This document shows, one piece after another, positions 34,520-47,009 of a stretch of DNA of 64,000 nucleotides. The notes below the pieces were generated by a model. The model ran no database searches, had not been told where the DNA came from, and saw only the letters and a list, made by a program, of their open reading frames with translations. The stretch comes from Mobula hypostoma (taxonomy: Eukaryota): assembly GCF_963921235.1 (NCBI RefSeq), contig NC_086108.1, forward strand, positions 24,924,001-24,988,000, given 5' to 3'. Both the position numbers and the translations under genes were made by a program. Numbering within the stretch: the first letter of the stretch is position 1; each line of letters starts with the position of its first letter.

Positions 34520-35237
34520 GTTCAAAGTTTAGATTTATTATCAAACTACATATTCTACCATATTCTACCTTGAGACTGATTTTCTTGCCAACATTTTCAG
34601 GAACTTATGGAAAACTATACATAACGAAGATTGACAAACAACCAATGTAAATGTACAAAAGAAGACAAATTATGCAAATAATAAATAAAAGTAAATAAAT
34701 AATATTGAGAACATGAGTTGCAGAGTTCTTGAAAGGTTGTGAAGTCAAATCAGTGTTGAGGTGCATGAAGTTATGCACACTGGTTCAGAAGCCTGATAGT
34801 TGTAGGGTAGTAACTGTTGCTTCATGAGTATGCTGCAGTTGTTACAAACTTCATTAAAATCTATGTGGATGAGTGTGTGCCTACAAAGACTTGCTGTACA
34901 TTCCCAAACCAAAAGCCGTGGATGAACCAGGAGGTACATCATCTGCTGAAGGCTAGATCTGTGGCATTCAAGCCTGGTGACTACCAGAAAAACAGGTATG
35001 ATTTGAGGAGGGCTATTTCAAGGGTGAATAGACAATTTTGAATGAGGTTGGAGGCAACATCAGATGTATGACAACTCTGGCAGGGTTTGCAAGACATTAC
35101 TTCCTACAAAGTGAAACCCAATAGCATGATTGGCAGCTATGCTTCACTACCAGATGAAATCAATGCCCTCTATGCCCACTTTGAAAGGGAGAATATAACT
35201 ACTTCTGTGAAGATCTCTGCTGCACCTGATGACCCAT
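34520..35237. mobile_element. Rex1/Babar LINE remnant with opposed segments (minus 3' UTR 34520-34815, plus ORF piece 34816-35237)
   Basis: The plus frame EYAAVVTNFIKIYVDECVPTKTCCTFPNQKPWMNQEVHHLLKAR..RYDLRRAI..SLPDEINALYAHFE is typical of Rex1/Babar. Confidence 0.7.
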
Positions 35238-36119
35238 TTCTGGCTCCTATGTTTTTCTTACAATTATTTTCTGGAGTTTCAGCAATATCCTGCCCTGTCC
35301 TTCTAAGGAAGGTAAGAAATGCTGGCATGCCAACATCCTGCGCTTTATTTTAAGGACAACCTTCTTCTGCAAGTCAGTTGCAAGTATGTTAGTAAATGTC
35401 CTGTGATATGTGAAATTGGATGTAGATGACTGATAGAGCCTGTGCTATGTGACTGATGTAGGTTCAGTGACTGAATCAACATGGTGAACATTTGATGGGA
35501 TTTGCTCTCTTGAAGAGCAGCTCACTCATCTTGGTCATTCAATTAAGATCTTCATGGACTGCATCTACCTTGTGGGGCAAACACTCCTGGAAATGGTCCT
35601 CATCAATACCTAGTCCCATTGCTTCCTCCAGCATCAGTTTGAAAGAAGACTCCTCTGATAACAGAGGAGACTCTCACTCCTTTCCTTCTGTTTCCTTCGG
35701 TATGGTATTTAAAAATCTCAGTGCATGCTCTCTGTCACATTCAGCCAAAGCTCAAAGAGTCAGATTTCAAATGACACCTACCACTTACTGTGTCCTTTAA
35801 GAGGCACACATTGCCTTTAAATGGAGCTAGCCATTTAAGTCCACACCAACAATATATTTTACTGCCTACCAAGCTATTATATTTGGAAAACACAAGCTTC
35901 ATCCAGTTTAACTTTCAATGTACTGCCAGAATCTATCGGAACTTGCTTAGAGAACTTGTCACTTTGTATGAATGGGATGGTGCAATACAGTTAACTTAAG
36001 TTATGCTTTGAATTTCAATATGGGAGATAGTATTTAGAGGATACACCATAGATTTGGTAAAGATATAATATAATTGCTGTAGAATAATATTTGTGTACCC
36101 CTGCTTTATGCCCCAGCTA

Positions 36120-36527
36120 CAGTACTGTGCATAAGTCTTAGGCACATGTAAAAAAATTCAGTAAAGCAAAGATGCTTTCAAAAATAATTAAATGAAAATT
36201 CTCTGAATATCGAAAAAAATACTCTAAAGAACAGTAAACAGTAAAAAACTAAACCAAATCAATATTTGGTGTGAGCACACTTTGCCTTTAAAACTGTGTC
36301 AATTCTCTTAGGTACACTGCTGTGCAGTTTTATAAGAAAATCAGCCAGTAGGTTGTTCCAAGCAGCTCAGAGAACTTGCTATAGTTCTTCTGCAGACTTT
36401 GCTGTCTCACTTGCTTCTGTATCTCCAGGTAATCCCAGACAGCCTCAATATCAATACTCTGTGGAAGCGATATTAACTGAAACCATATGAAAATTCTAGA
36501 GTGCCTAAGAATGTTTGCACAGTACTG
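36120..36527. mobile_element. Non-autonomous Tc1/mariner element (MITE-like)
   Basis: TIRs cagtactgtgcataagtcttaggcac / gtgcctaagaatgtttgcacagtactg, flanked by TA at 36118-36119 and 36528-36529. Confidence 0.88.
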
Positions 36528-37168
36528 TAAAAAGTGCGAAAATCTTCAAACTGAACGTCAACAAAGTAAGCACAGGGAACCAGATTAGAAAACTTAAGAA
36601 AGTGATTTAGGAGACTGAACATTTTTAGCACCAGATGTTGAAGACGGGCTATTTTTGTAAAAGTGATAAACAACTTATGGTATTATTGTAGAGCCAAACA
36701 ACTCTTTTTGTTTTAGGGCAGGGGAAGAAATAGATCTCAGATTTGAAGGCAATTTATAGATTGCCTAAGACTATATTCCAATGAGTTAAGATTTTAGGAT
36801 ATATAATAAGCCTAAAGGGAGAATGAATGCTAAAATTTAAGGATATCAACACTGGCCTTTGGCAGACTTGCTCATACCACCAAGCTAAAATGGATAAGAA
36901 CAGTTCAGGAGGGAAAAGAATTGTTGGCTGGGGAAAGATTTAAATCTTCAGATCCCATAATTCATAGCACCCTTGCCAAGTAACATGACTACAATGACAA
37001 TGGAGTTTTCATATGCTAGCTAAAAACTTATTTTATCAGCTAAACAATTAGTGGCTCCCAAAAGAAGTACAAAGTGGGTCTGGAGTTCTTGAAAGTACAG
37101 GTCCAGTGAATGTCAAACTTATCTGCTTATCAAAAGCCACTCCCCCTTGGAGGGTGGGGATTCGCCCG

Positions 37169-38190
37169 TGTAAGGAATATTGCTGCCCCTTCCACTAGCT
37201 TCCGTTTAGCAGATGGTGTCACAGTGCCGGCAGATTTTAAATCTAGTGTGTCGTGACCACACGGTTTCTTTTTGCTCTCAGGTCACGTGGGCCAGGTAGT
37301 GAAGGGTAACACAGAAGATGTAACAGTAGGGGTATGCTGCAGTAAAGAGGGCCTGGGCATTCACTTTAGATAAGTATTTGCCCCTGGGAAATTGTTTAAT
37401 GTCTGTTTTGACCTGTCACTTCCATGCTCAGTTCTGATAAGTTTCTGTAACCGAGTTAAGTTTGAAGGGTTTACTGAATGTTCATTGTCTGTCTTGTCTT
37501 GTGAATAAATTGTTAACTTACTTATCGGTAGTGAGCGGCTTCCATCCTCACTCACTGAACTCAGATTTCACACAATTGGTGCTGCGAGAGGGTTCAGTAA
37601 TTGAGCAGAAGATTAATATCTTTAAAAGGAAAAGTAAGAGAGAGATCTTTTGTGCAGAGTCTGGGGTGAAATGGCAATAGTGCTGAATTTGGGAGACTTG
37701 CCAACCTGCTGGCAGACTACGAAACATCTGTAAACAGGTCAGACAAGTAGGACTCCCATGGAGCGAAGATAGGATACCACATTGTGTCTATACTTAATAA
37801 GGCATGGTTCCCCAAGAGGAAGGGGAGCCACAGGGATCCTTTCAGGCTACTGGCAGTTACCTTAAGGCAGCAGCACGAGAAGGAGAAAGCTGTAGTGTTT
37901 AAGGAATGAAGTGGATTTGCTAAACTAGCAATGCGTTACCATGGGAGAGGTAGCCTAAGCCTAGTCAGTGCAGACTTGGGCCAGAGAGTGAGCGGATAAG
38001 AGCACAGAGATGGCCTATCAGTTTTAATAAAGGTGCAGTAGTTAGAGGCTGCCCATAGAGCCAACAGGAGATCGTATCCAAGCCCTGATATTGTGGGGAA
38101 GTGACCACAACACACGGCTGTAGGATGGGGACATTTGGTTAGAAAACCTGGACCCACTGCAATTTCCCTATCACCACAAAAGGTCTATGA
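37169..38190 (+). mobile_element. Putative decayed LTR retrotransposon 5' LTR (37169 to about 37573), PBS and internal remnant
   Basis: TG...CA ends, AATAAA at about 37504, then tggtgctgcgag (PBS-like). No matching second LTR was found. Confidence 0.4.
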
Positions 38191-38204
38191 CAGTTGTGAT
38201 CTTA

Positions 38205-38860
38205 TTGGCTCTTCATGTGGCCTTGGATCATCCAGATAATAAAATGCCTATGTCAGAATGCTGTTTATTGACTATAGCCCAGCAGTTAACACAATCATTT
38301 CTACAGTTCTGTTTGGAAAGCTCCAGAACCTGAGCCTCTGTACTACCCTCTGCAACTGAATCTTCAACTTCCTAACTGGAAGCCCACAATCAGAAGTAAC
38401 ATCTCCACCTTGCTGACAATCAGTGCTGGTGTACCTCAGTGATGTGTGCTTAGCCCACTTCTCTACTGTCTCTACACCCATGACTGTGTGTCTAGGCACA
38501 GCTCAAATGCCATGTGTAAGTTTGCTGATGGAACAACCATTGTTGGCAGAATTTCAGATGGTGATGAGAAGGCATACAGGAGCAAGATGAATCAGTTAGT
38601 TGAGTGGTGTTGCAGTAACATTCCTGCACTCAACGCCAGTAAGATCAAAGTGATGGACTTCAAAAAGAGTAAGATGAGGGAACACACACCAGTCCTCATA
38701 GAGGGATCATAAGTGGAAAGAGTGAGAAATTTCAAGTTTCTGGGTGTCAATATCTCTGAGGATCTATCCTGGGCTCAACATATTGATGCAGATACAAGGA
38801 AGGCATGACAGCAGCTATATTTTATGAGAGGTTTGAGGCAATTTGGTATATCACCAAATT
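38205..38860 (+). mobile_element. Rex1/Babar RT fragment
   Basis: AYVRMLFIDYS..VLSPLLYCLYTHDCVSRHSSNAMCKFADGTTIVGRISDGDEKAYRS. Confidence 0.85.

Positions 38861-38870
<10 letters not shown>

Positions 38871-38924
<54 letters not shown>
38871..38924. repeat. (AC)27 microsatellite
   Basis: Perfect dinucleotide run. Confidence 0.97.
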
Positions 38925-38926
<2 letters not shown>

Positions 38927-39757
38927 ACTGTAACTACTGCCACCTTCTGCTCTGGAGTATGATTTGCTAAACCCAAAGTCCTGACTCAGATAGTCCTCTG
39001 CCAATAGGAAAGGCGAATGAGTTTTGGTGCAGGCGGTACAATGAGCACTGGTCCAACAAATCACTATGAGCGGAAGCAGGATCGTGGGGTGACTGTCAAT
39101 ATCAAATGGTGCCATGAAGGTAGGCATTCCCTGGATGCAGAAAAGCAAGTACAGTCTATGCAGCCCCTGGGCCTACCCATGGCTTCTCACGGGACAGTAT
39201 GGTGGCTGCATCCAGGGGATGTGGTACTGTAAAGATCTTCTGGTTCAGGCCCTGCTTCACTGATCAGGATATGTATACTGTTATGTGCCACAGGTCTGTG
39301 CACCTGTGTTTGTTAATTGCCTTCTTGTCTAGAGTTGTTAAGCCCTTGTGCTTTCTGTTTAATCGTGTTAAGTTTATTTTGACTGGAACACGTTTTTTTT
39401 TATTTAAAGCAGATTCCCAATTAGCATAGAAAGCTGGGTCCTCTTGTGTTTCCAAAAGGATTTGTCACGCAGTTTCGCTCAATCAAGCCACAGAACTTCA
39501 GCTGGAATTCCTATGAACAAACTCTTGTTTCTGTCTTAACATGGGAGTGTGTCATTCCCCTGCAGCTGGGCTCAGTCATCTGTCAACACACACCGTGATA
39601 TATACTTGTCTATCTTACAGGAGGAACACGTGATCAGTCTTGAGGAGGCAGATGGCTCAGTGATGCCTTTGTAGTGGACTTATTAATGAAATGAATCCTT
39701 ATATCAAAGCCAATATGATTTTAATGCCACAGACAGCACATTCTCCCTAGGAGGTAA

Positions 39758-40168
39758 CATAGTCATAGTCATAGTCACACTTTATTAATCCCGGGGGAAA
39801 TTGGTTTTCGTTACAGTTGCTCCATAAATAATAATAGTAATAAAACCATAAATAGTTAAATAGTAATATGTAAATTATGCCAGTAGATTATGAAATAAGT
39901 CCAGGACCAGCCTATTGGCTCAGGATGTCTGACCCTCCAAGGGAGGAGTTGTAAAGTTTGATGGCCACAGGCAGGAATGACTTCCTCTGATGCTCTGTGC
40001 TGCATCTCGGTGGAATGAGTCTCTGGCTGAATGTACTCCTGTGCACACCCAGTACATTATGTAGTGGATGGGAGACATTGACCAAGATGGCATGCAACCT
40101 GGACAGCATCCTCTTTTCAGACACCACCGTCAGAGAGTCCAGTTCCATCCCCACAACATGACTGGCCA
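39758..40168 (-). mobile_element. Rex1/Babar 3' fragment with (GACTAT)n tail
   Basis: SHPLHNVL..RLIPPRCSTEHQRKSFLPVAIKLYN. The tail is catagtcatagtcatagtc. Confidence 0.8.
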
Positions 40169-40869
40169 ACAAGAGGAAGAGTCTGAATTACCCATTAACT
40201 TCAAGTAATCTGAGACAAATAAAACCTTCGGGATTGATGGGTTGCCAATTATGTTGTACTTGGCCCTCTGGAATGGATCAGCCCAGATCAAGCAACTGGC
40301 TCTTTGCTTCCAGCTAACAGTACCTCAAAGCTTGCGGGATAAACTATCATCACCTTTACCGACAAGAAGCAGGGGGAGATGAAAGAAATCTAAAATTGAT
40401 AAACTTTCTTCCTACTTTATGTAAAGTATGGGATTCTTTTCAAGGTTATCACAATTGAGTCAAGTCTGCTTGTGATTCAGCTGGATCAGATCAACATCAT
40501 ATCTACAGGAAAATGATCTTCGTTACCCTGTACTACTCAGGGTTACTATTGCTTCTGCTTGGGACAGGAGATTGGCAATTGGTTAGTTGACACTGACCAG
40601 AATAGTTTTCATGAAATATCACAAAAATACATGATAGATGTCATCTCCAAACTCAGGTTTGCAAGAAAATTCACATCTGCTCCACACAGACATCAGTAGC
40701 ACAGTCCAACTTGGAAACAGAAAGCTCCCAATCAAATCTGCAGACAGACAATGCTTCCTCTTGTTCTCTGTTGTATAATAGTTCTGTGTTATAGTACCAA
40801 GAGCATCAAGGCATAGGAGGAGCAACAATTCAGAGCTGTTAAAGCTCAAGCACTATTGTCCCAGTATAT

Positions 40870-42410
40870 AGATGATGTGCTCTCAATACAGAATAATGAG
40901 CATCTGCAAACCATTAAAACTGACTTTGGGGGCCAGTGCCAATTGTTCCCAAGGCAAGCTTATGCTCAACGCCAAATGGTCTGGCCAATCCTTTTGTTCA
41001 TTACACCACTGGGTCCAGTTACCTGAAGATGCTGGGAATATGGATTGGAGGATTTGGGGCTTGCATTAAGAACTGTATGGCAAAATGAGGCAGAAGTTAG
41101 GATCATGGAAGCAACACTCCTTTTCAATGGTGGGTAAGACATTGTCATCGGATACAGGATACCCACGGTACTGCTTCATATGACACAGGTAGGCTTATAC
41201 TCCATGGCAGCTGTCTCAGATATTTTCCACATTTATCCAGTGAATTCACACTGAGACAGGACTTACAAGTCTCCAAGGAAAAGGGAAATCAGATCCAGCA
41301 TGGCCTCATTCTGATAGCCACCCTTGTGTGTGGCTACATTAACACAGGTAAGCAAGCATCAAGTGTTACTAATATACTGATGTAGTATCAGCCCACCATG
41401 TTGCAATGGATGGGTCTATGTTGCAGGGGAACATTCTATTCAGTTGAACCATGCTATGGACAAATTAATGCGGAACACCTTTGACCACATCTATCATAGG
41501 ATGCTCTGCATGGCCTCAGGAACAGATGATATCCCAAATGAAATTCAAAAAATTGGTACAGAGCTTCAGTCGTGAGCAGGGTCTGTGACATGCCATTAAG
41601 TAGACATTTTCATTACAGGAGGGAAGTACGAGCATGGTAACTACAGAAGTTTATATCCTGGGCTCTGACAATGGTAAAGGCAATGATTTTCCTCAACTGC
41701 CTCCTACAAATAGAAGAAGAGCTGTTTTCTGAATCAGTGGATTCCATCATCAAGATACACAATGGACATGATCAACACCATGCTGCACTCAAATTGCAGG
41801 GAGTGGCACCAGTCACTGTAAATGGTGTTCTTTCAGCTCATTAAAGCCCTTGTAAACAAAAAACTGGTAAAAATTGTGTAGAGACCCTCCTGAAACTTGG
41901 CTGCCTCATAAAATTTTCTCCTTTTTAGGTTTTCACCACAAAGCCATTATACTAACTAATAAGGTCTACAATATGATCAGTCTCACGGAAGACCACAGTT
42001 GAACCTGACTGTGTCATTTTCACCAATATTTTTCTAAATTTTTTCTTGCTGTATTGTTGTATTTCATCTTCAACAAACATTCCATGAGGAAAGGGGCTAT
42101 TCTCAGTACTACAAGAAGGTAGTGTGAAACTCTTCAACATACAGTAATTCTAGATCGAGGTCACTCAATGTTGAAATGCAGATGGGTACTTGCATTTGCA
42201 CACACTCAGGGGTCAAGCTCCAGTTGAGGCTTTCATTCAAGTATATAAAAGAATGGGCCTTACATTCTACAGCTGTAAGTCAAGGGTCCTCTATCAACTT
42301 GCTCAACACCACCCTCCAAAAGAAAATTTCACAGCGAAACAAGGAAAATATGGACCACTTCCAAAATCTCGGTGAAAACATGTGCAGAAAATGAAATTCA
42401 TCATCATCAA
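40870..42410 (+). mobile_element. Ancient, heavily decayed RTE-like LINE
   Basis: Scattered motifs (LPESVDSI..RYTMDMI; GVKLQL..KYI..NMDHFQNLG). No intact frame. Confidence 0.4.
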
Positions 42411-42440
42411 TTCACCAACAAATTTTTTGGTTAATTTTTT

Positions 42441-42741
42441 TTAGGCATCCATTAGTCTCATGAGACCATGGATTTGTGCCTTGGAAGGTTTCCAGGGTGC
42501 AGGCCTGGGTAAGGTTGTATAGAAGACCGGCAGTTGCCCATGCTGCAAGTCTCCCCACTCCATGCCACCAATGTTGTCTAAGGGAAGGGCATTAGGACCC
42601 ATACAGCTTGGCACCAGTGTCGTCACAGAGCAATGTGTGGTTAAGTGCCTTGCTCAAGGACACACATGTTGCCTAAGCCAAGGCTCGAACTAGCAACCTT
42701 CAAATCACTAGACGAACACCTTAACCACTTGGCCATGCGCC
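42441..42741 (-). mobile_element. Full-length tRNA-derived SINE with CORE-like central domain
   Basis: On the minus strand: A box TGGCCAAGTGG (42725-42735), B box AGTTCGAGCC (42682-42691), gtgtccttgagcaaggcacttaacc, and an A-rich 3' end. Confidence 0.82.
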
Positions 42742-42994
42742 AAAACGTTAATTAATATTTCAAGATCAAGATTTCAGACCTGACACAAAATTAATTGTTG
42801 TCTTGGCAGCAGTGCTCCTTGTTCTCTCTATGCTTCTGAAAACTCCAAACATCTCAAGGCACTGCAAAGATACCATCAATGTTGTCTCAGAAAATTCAGC
42901 CAAATTCACTAGAAGGATAAGAGTCCAATCCAATGTCAAAGTTTTTTGTCTGCCTTACTGTTTATGATATATATACACATACATTCATATATGA

Positions 42995-43670
42995 AACAGT
43001 GTTGATGTGCAGAATGATTGTGGAGTCCAAATCCACAGCTCCCTGAAAGTGGCTGCACAGTTTATTAGGGTGGTACAGAAGGCAGATGGCACGCTTGCCA
43101 TTATTAGTCAAGGAACTGAGTTTAAAAGACAGAAAATTACATTGGAGATTTCTAGGTCTCTAGTTAGGCTGTATCTTGGGTATTGCACACACTCAGGTCA
43201 CCCTATTACTGGAAGAATGTTGAAGTTTTGGAGAGGGGAAGCCGTGGTTTACCAGGATGTTGCCTGGATTAAAGGGTATGTGCGATAAGGAGAGGTCGAA
43301 CAAACTGGTGTTGTTTTGTTTTTATTTCTGGAGTGTAGACTAAGGGGAGATCTGATAGAGGTTTAAGAGATTCTCAGTGGAATAGACAGGGTGGTATCTT
43401 TACTCAGGGTCAAAATTTCTAATACTAGAGATGTAAGAGGGTAAGTTCAAAGAAAATGTGCATGCAGGCTTTGTACATGGAATGTTGCAGGTGTCTGGAG
43501 TGTGCTGCCTAGGCTGGTAATTGAGAGAAATATAATGGAGGCATTCAAGGGGCTCTTAGACGGGCAGGGAATTGACAACCATGGACCCTATGTAGGCAAA
43601 ATTGATTAATTTAGTTAGCCATTTGACTACTAATGTAATTAGTTCCACACACCATTATGGCCTGAACTGA
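42995..43670 (+). mobile_element. Old CR1 3' fragment
   Basis: GVQIHSSLKVAAQFIRVVQKADGTLAIISQGTEFK. Confidence 0.72.
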
Positions 43671-44959
43671 CTTCTTGAAAAAAAAACTTTTAATTTAAGC
43701 TTTTAGTCCCCAGTAAAAATCCTGCTCATGTCTTTGAGGTCCACACATTTTCTTCCATTTGCCGACATGATAAGATATTCCAAAACCTGCATTGATTGTC
43801 ATTATTCTAAGTACATATAGTAGGTGTTAGACAGACAACTGCAATACAATAATCTCTACTCTGCTTTTGGGCACTGCCCATACTTTTAGTGACTGAATTT
43901 CAGGTTGTGAAATTTTCAGTTGAGTAGTTTTCTAAAATGTTAATTTTCCACTCTAGATTTCAGTCGAAGGTTGGCTTATCTTTCAACACGCTCAAAATAT
44001 AAAATTTTATAATCCAAGATGTGATGTTATTTACTGCTAAAATTAATGTTTGTATTCCCTGTGTTTCAGATTATATAGATGAGCACTTTTCAGTTTTGAA
44101 ATAATGATCAAATATCAATAGTCAACTTTAAGTTATAATTACAGTGATCTTATCAAGAAATGTGAAGTGTTGTACTGGAGGAGTATCCAGCTGCAGAGCT
44201 CAACAGCGCACTGGGGTTGTATCTAAAGTGTGAGAGTTGTAGGGCTATGGGGAGAGAAGCAGTGAGACCAGATGGTTTGTTCTTATATGAAGTTGCTAAG
44301 GATGCAATAGGCTGCACAACTTCTTCCAATCCACAGTCCTTCTAAAGCAGAGAATAACCAGTTTCTGTTTCTGTTTCTAATTACATAATTTGGAGGTGTA
44401 TCGATCTTCTATAGTGCGAACAGATCACTAATGTTAACAGAACCACCTAAATTTCGTCTGGAAGTTCCTACTCAACATGTTGACCCCTACTATCTGAACC
44501 CCAGAGGAAGGGTTGCTGGCCTAAAACTTCTAGTTTGACCATCCACTGTTCCTGCTTGACTTGCTAAATTCATCCAGCATTTCTGGTTTTATCTCAGTCA
44601 AATGAGCACACCTCCTGTGTGAGACTGCTAATCCGTAACTTAACATTTCGGGCCATCTCTCATAATTAAATACCTGGAAAGCTACAGATACTAACCTGTA
44701 GTCATCCAGCAACGAGATAGGTTGAAGCAGGACAAAACCAGAAAGACAACATCTCGTACTAGAAGATGACATACAAATATGTGCATGAACTTGTGCGTAA
44801 CCACAGAAACCAATACGAATCCTCAGTGTTAAAGGTCTGGATTTTTTGCTGTCACTGCAAGATTCTAACACATTGTAAAATACGGTTTTCTGTTAGAAAC
44901 TAATTTGAAAAATACCTTGTAAGGACTCCTTAATTTCATTAGGCAGAATTCACCCAGAT

Positions 44960-45421
44960 TGTTAAGGGTTAAGTTTATTATGTATGTTATGTTGTACATT
45001 ATTACATTTTGGGGGTGATTTTTTTCTGATTGAGATATATATATATATATGACATTGCTATTTGCAGTTTAAATAAGGTGTATGTTAGAAGTAATTATAC
45101 TCGTGTCTATTTTTGTCAACACTCTTACATTGGTCAGCCCAACACGATTTCGTTCATTTTACAATTATGACTGCAAACGCCATTGTTCTCAAGCTCCCTG
45201 AATTCTGGCAGGAGTGTGCTGCCGTTTGGTTTGCTCAGGCGGAGGCCCAGTTCGCAGTGCGGGTAATCTCACAAGTTGACACAAAATATTACTACATCAG
45301 CACAGAGTTAGACAGCTCCAAGGCATCCTACACTACCCCCCACCCCGCCCACCGGACATCAGCAAGTACAAGAGTCTTTAGCAACTCCTTCCGAAAATTT
45401 CAAAATGCCACTCCACTCTTT
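44960..45421 (+). mobile_element. Gypsy 5' remnant (short LTR-like segment, PBS-like site, gag start), truncated by CR1
   Basis: ttaca-ttggtcagcccaac near 45126-45144. MTANAIVLKLPEFWQECAAVWFAQAEAQFAVR..DTKYYYI resembles a Gypsy gag N-terminus. Confidence 0.6.
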
Positions 45422-47008
45422 AGGACCATAAAAGCAGAAGACATAGGAGCAGAATTAGGCCACTTGGCCCATCGAGCCTGCTCCACCAATCAATCGTGCT
45501 GGTCCATTTCTTTTCTCCTCCTCAATCCCATTGCCCAGCCTTCTTCCCGTAACCTTTGATGCCATGTCCAATCAAGAACCTATCAATCTCTGCCTTAAAT
45601 ACACCAAATGACCTGGCCATGGCGAGAATGTCCACAAATTCACCACCCTCTAGCTAAAGAAATTTCTCTGCATCTCTGTTTTGAATGGACGCCCCTCTAT
45701 CCTGAGGCTGTGCCCTCTTGTCCTAGACTTTCCCACTATTGGAACCATCCTTTCCACATATACTCTGTCTAGGCCTTTCAACATTCGAAAGGTTTCAATG
45801 AGATCACCCCTCATTCTTCTAAATTCCAGTGAGTACAGACTCAGAGCCATCAAACCTTCCTTGTAAAATAACCCTTTCAGTCCTGGAATCATCCTTGTGA
45901 ACATCCTCTGGACTCGCTCCAATGCCAGCACATCTCTTCTAAGATGAGGAGCCCAAAATTGTACACAATACTCAAGGCAAGGCCTCATCAGTGTCTTATA
46001 AAGCCTCAGTATCACATCCCTGCTCTTGTATTCTGGACTGCTTGAAATAAATGCTAACATTGCATTTGACTTCCTCACCACTGACTCAATCTGCAAGTTA
46101 ACCTTTAGGGCTTTCTGCACAAGGACTCCCAAGTCCGCTTGCATGTCAGCTTTTTGGATTTTCTCCCCATTTAGAAAATAGTCTGCAAATTTATTTCTAC
46201 TACCACAGTGCATGACAATGCATTTTCCAACATTATAACTCATTTGCCACTTTCATGCCCATTCTCCTATTCTAAGTCCTTCTGCATCCCACCTGTTTCC
46301 TCAACACTACCTGCCCCTCCACCAATCTTCATATCATCTGTGAACTTGGCAACAAAGCCATCTATTTTATCATCTAAATCATTTATATACAGCATAGAAA
46401 GAAGTGGACCCAAAACTGACTCCTGAGGAACACCATCAGTCACTGGCAGCCATCCAGACAAGGATCCTTTTATTTCCACTCGCTGCTTTCTTCCAACCAG
46501 CCAGTGCTCTAACTATGTGAGTAACTTTCCTGTAATACCATGGGCTCTTAACTTGATAAGCAGCCTCATGTGTGGAACCTTGACAAAGGCCTTCCGAAAG
46601 TCCAGATACACAACATTCACTGCATCCCCTTTATCTATCCTACTTGTAATCTCCTCAAAGAATTGCAACAGGTTCGCCAGGCAGGATTTTCCCTGAAGGA
46701 AACCATGCTGACCTTGTCCTATCTTGTCCTGTGTCATCAAGTACTCCATCAGGGAGGGAACGTCGACTCAGACCATGAGAGGCCTGTACTCCATCACCTT
46801 GTCCTTAACAATTGACTCCAACTATCCTCTAGTAAAGCTTTTACTACCTACTTTGATATTATTTGCTAGCTTGCTTTTATATTTCATCTTTTCCCTTCTA
46901 ATAATTCTTTTAGTTGCCCTCTGTTGGTTTTTAAAAACTTCCGAGTCCTCTATCTTCCCACTAATTTTTGTTTTGTTGTATGCCCTCGCTTTTGTTTTTA
47001 TGTTAGAT
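45422..47008 (-). mobile_element. CR1 3' half
   Basis: ORFs at 45650-46243, 46267-46479, 46513-46749 and 46822-47046 carry CR1 RT and C-terminal motifs. Confidence 0.9.
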
Positions 47009-47009
47009 T

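Noticed and set aside
35350..35780. Protein-like minus-strand translation (..LLSEESSFKLMLEEAMGLGIDEDHFQECLP..)
   Set aside because: Contains several stops and I cannot assign it to any family. It may be a decayed TE.
39226..39468. Candidate 3' LTR partner for the 37169 LTR-like segment
   Set aside because: It has TG..CA-like ends but no visible similarity to 37169-37573 and no TSD.
42680..42741. tRNA gene
   Set aside because: A and B boxes are present, but the sequence continues into a SINE body and lacks a convincing acceptor stem.
44495..44590. Additional hammerhead/pLTR remnant (also about 49730-49860)
   Set aside because: Too degenerate; the core nucleotides are lost, so it was not counted as a ribozyme motif.
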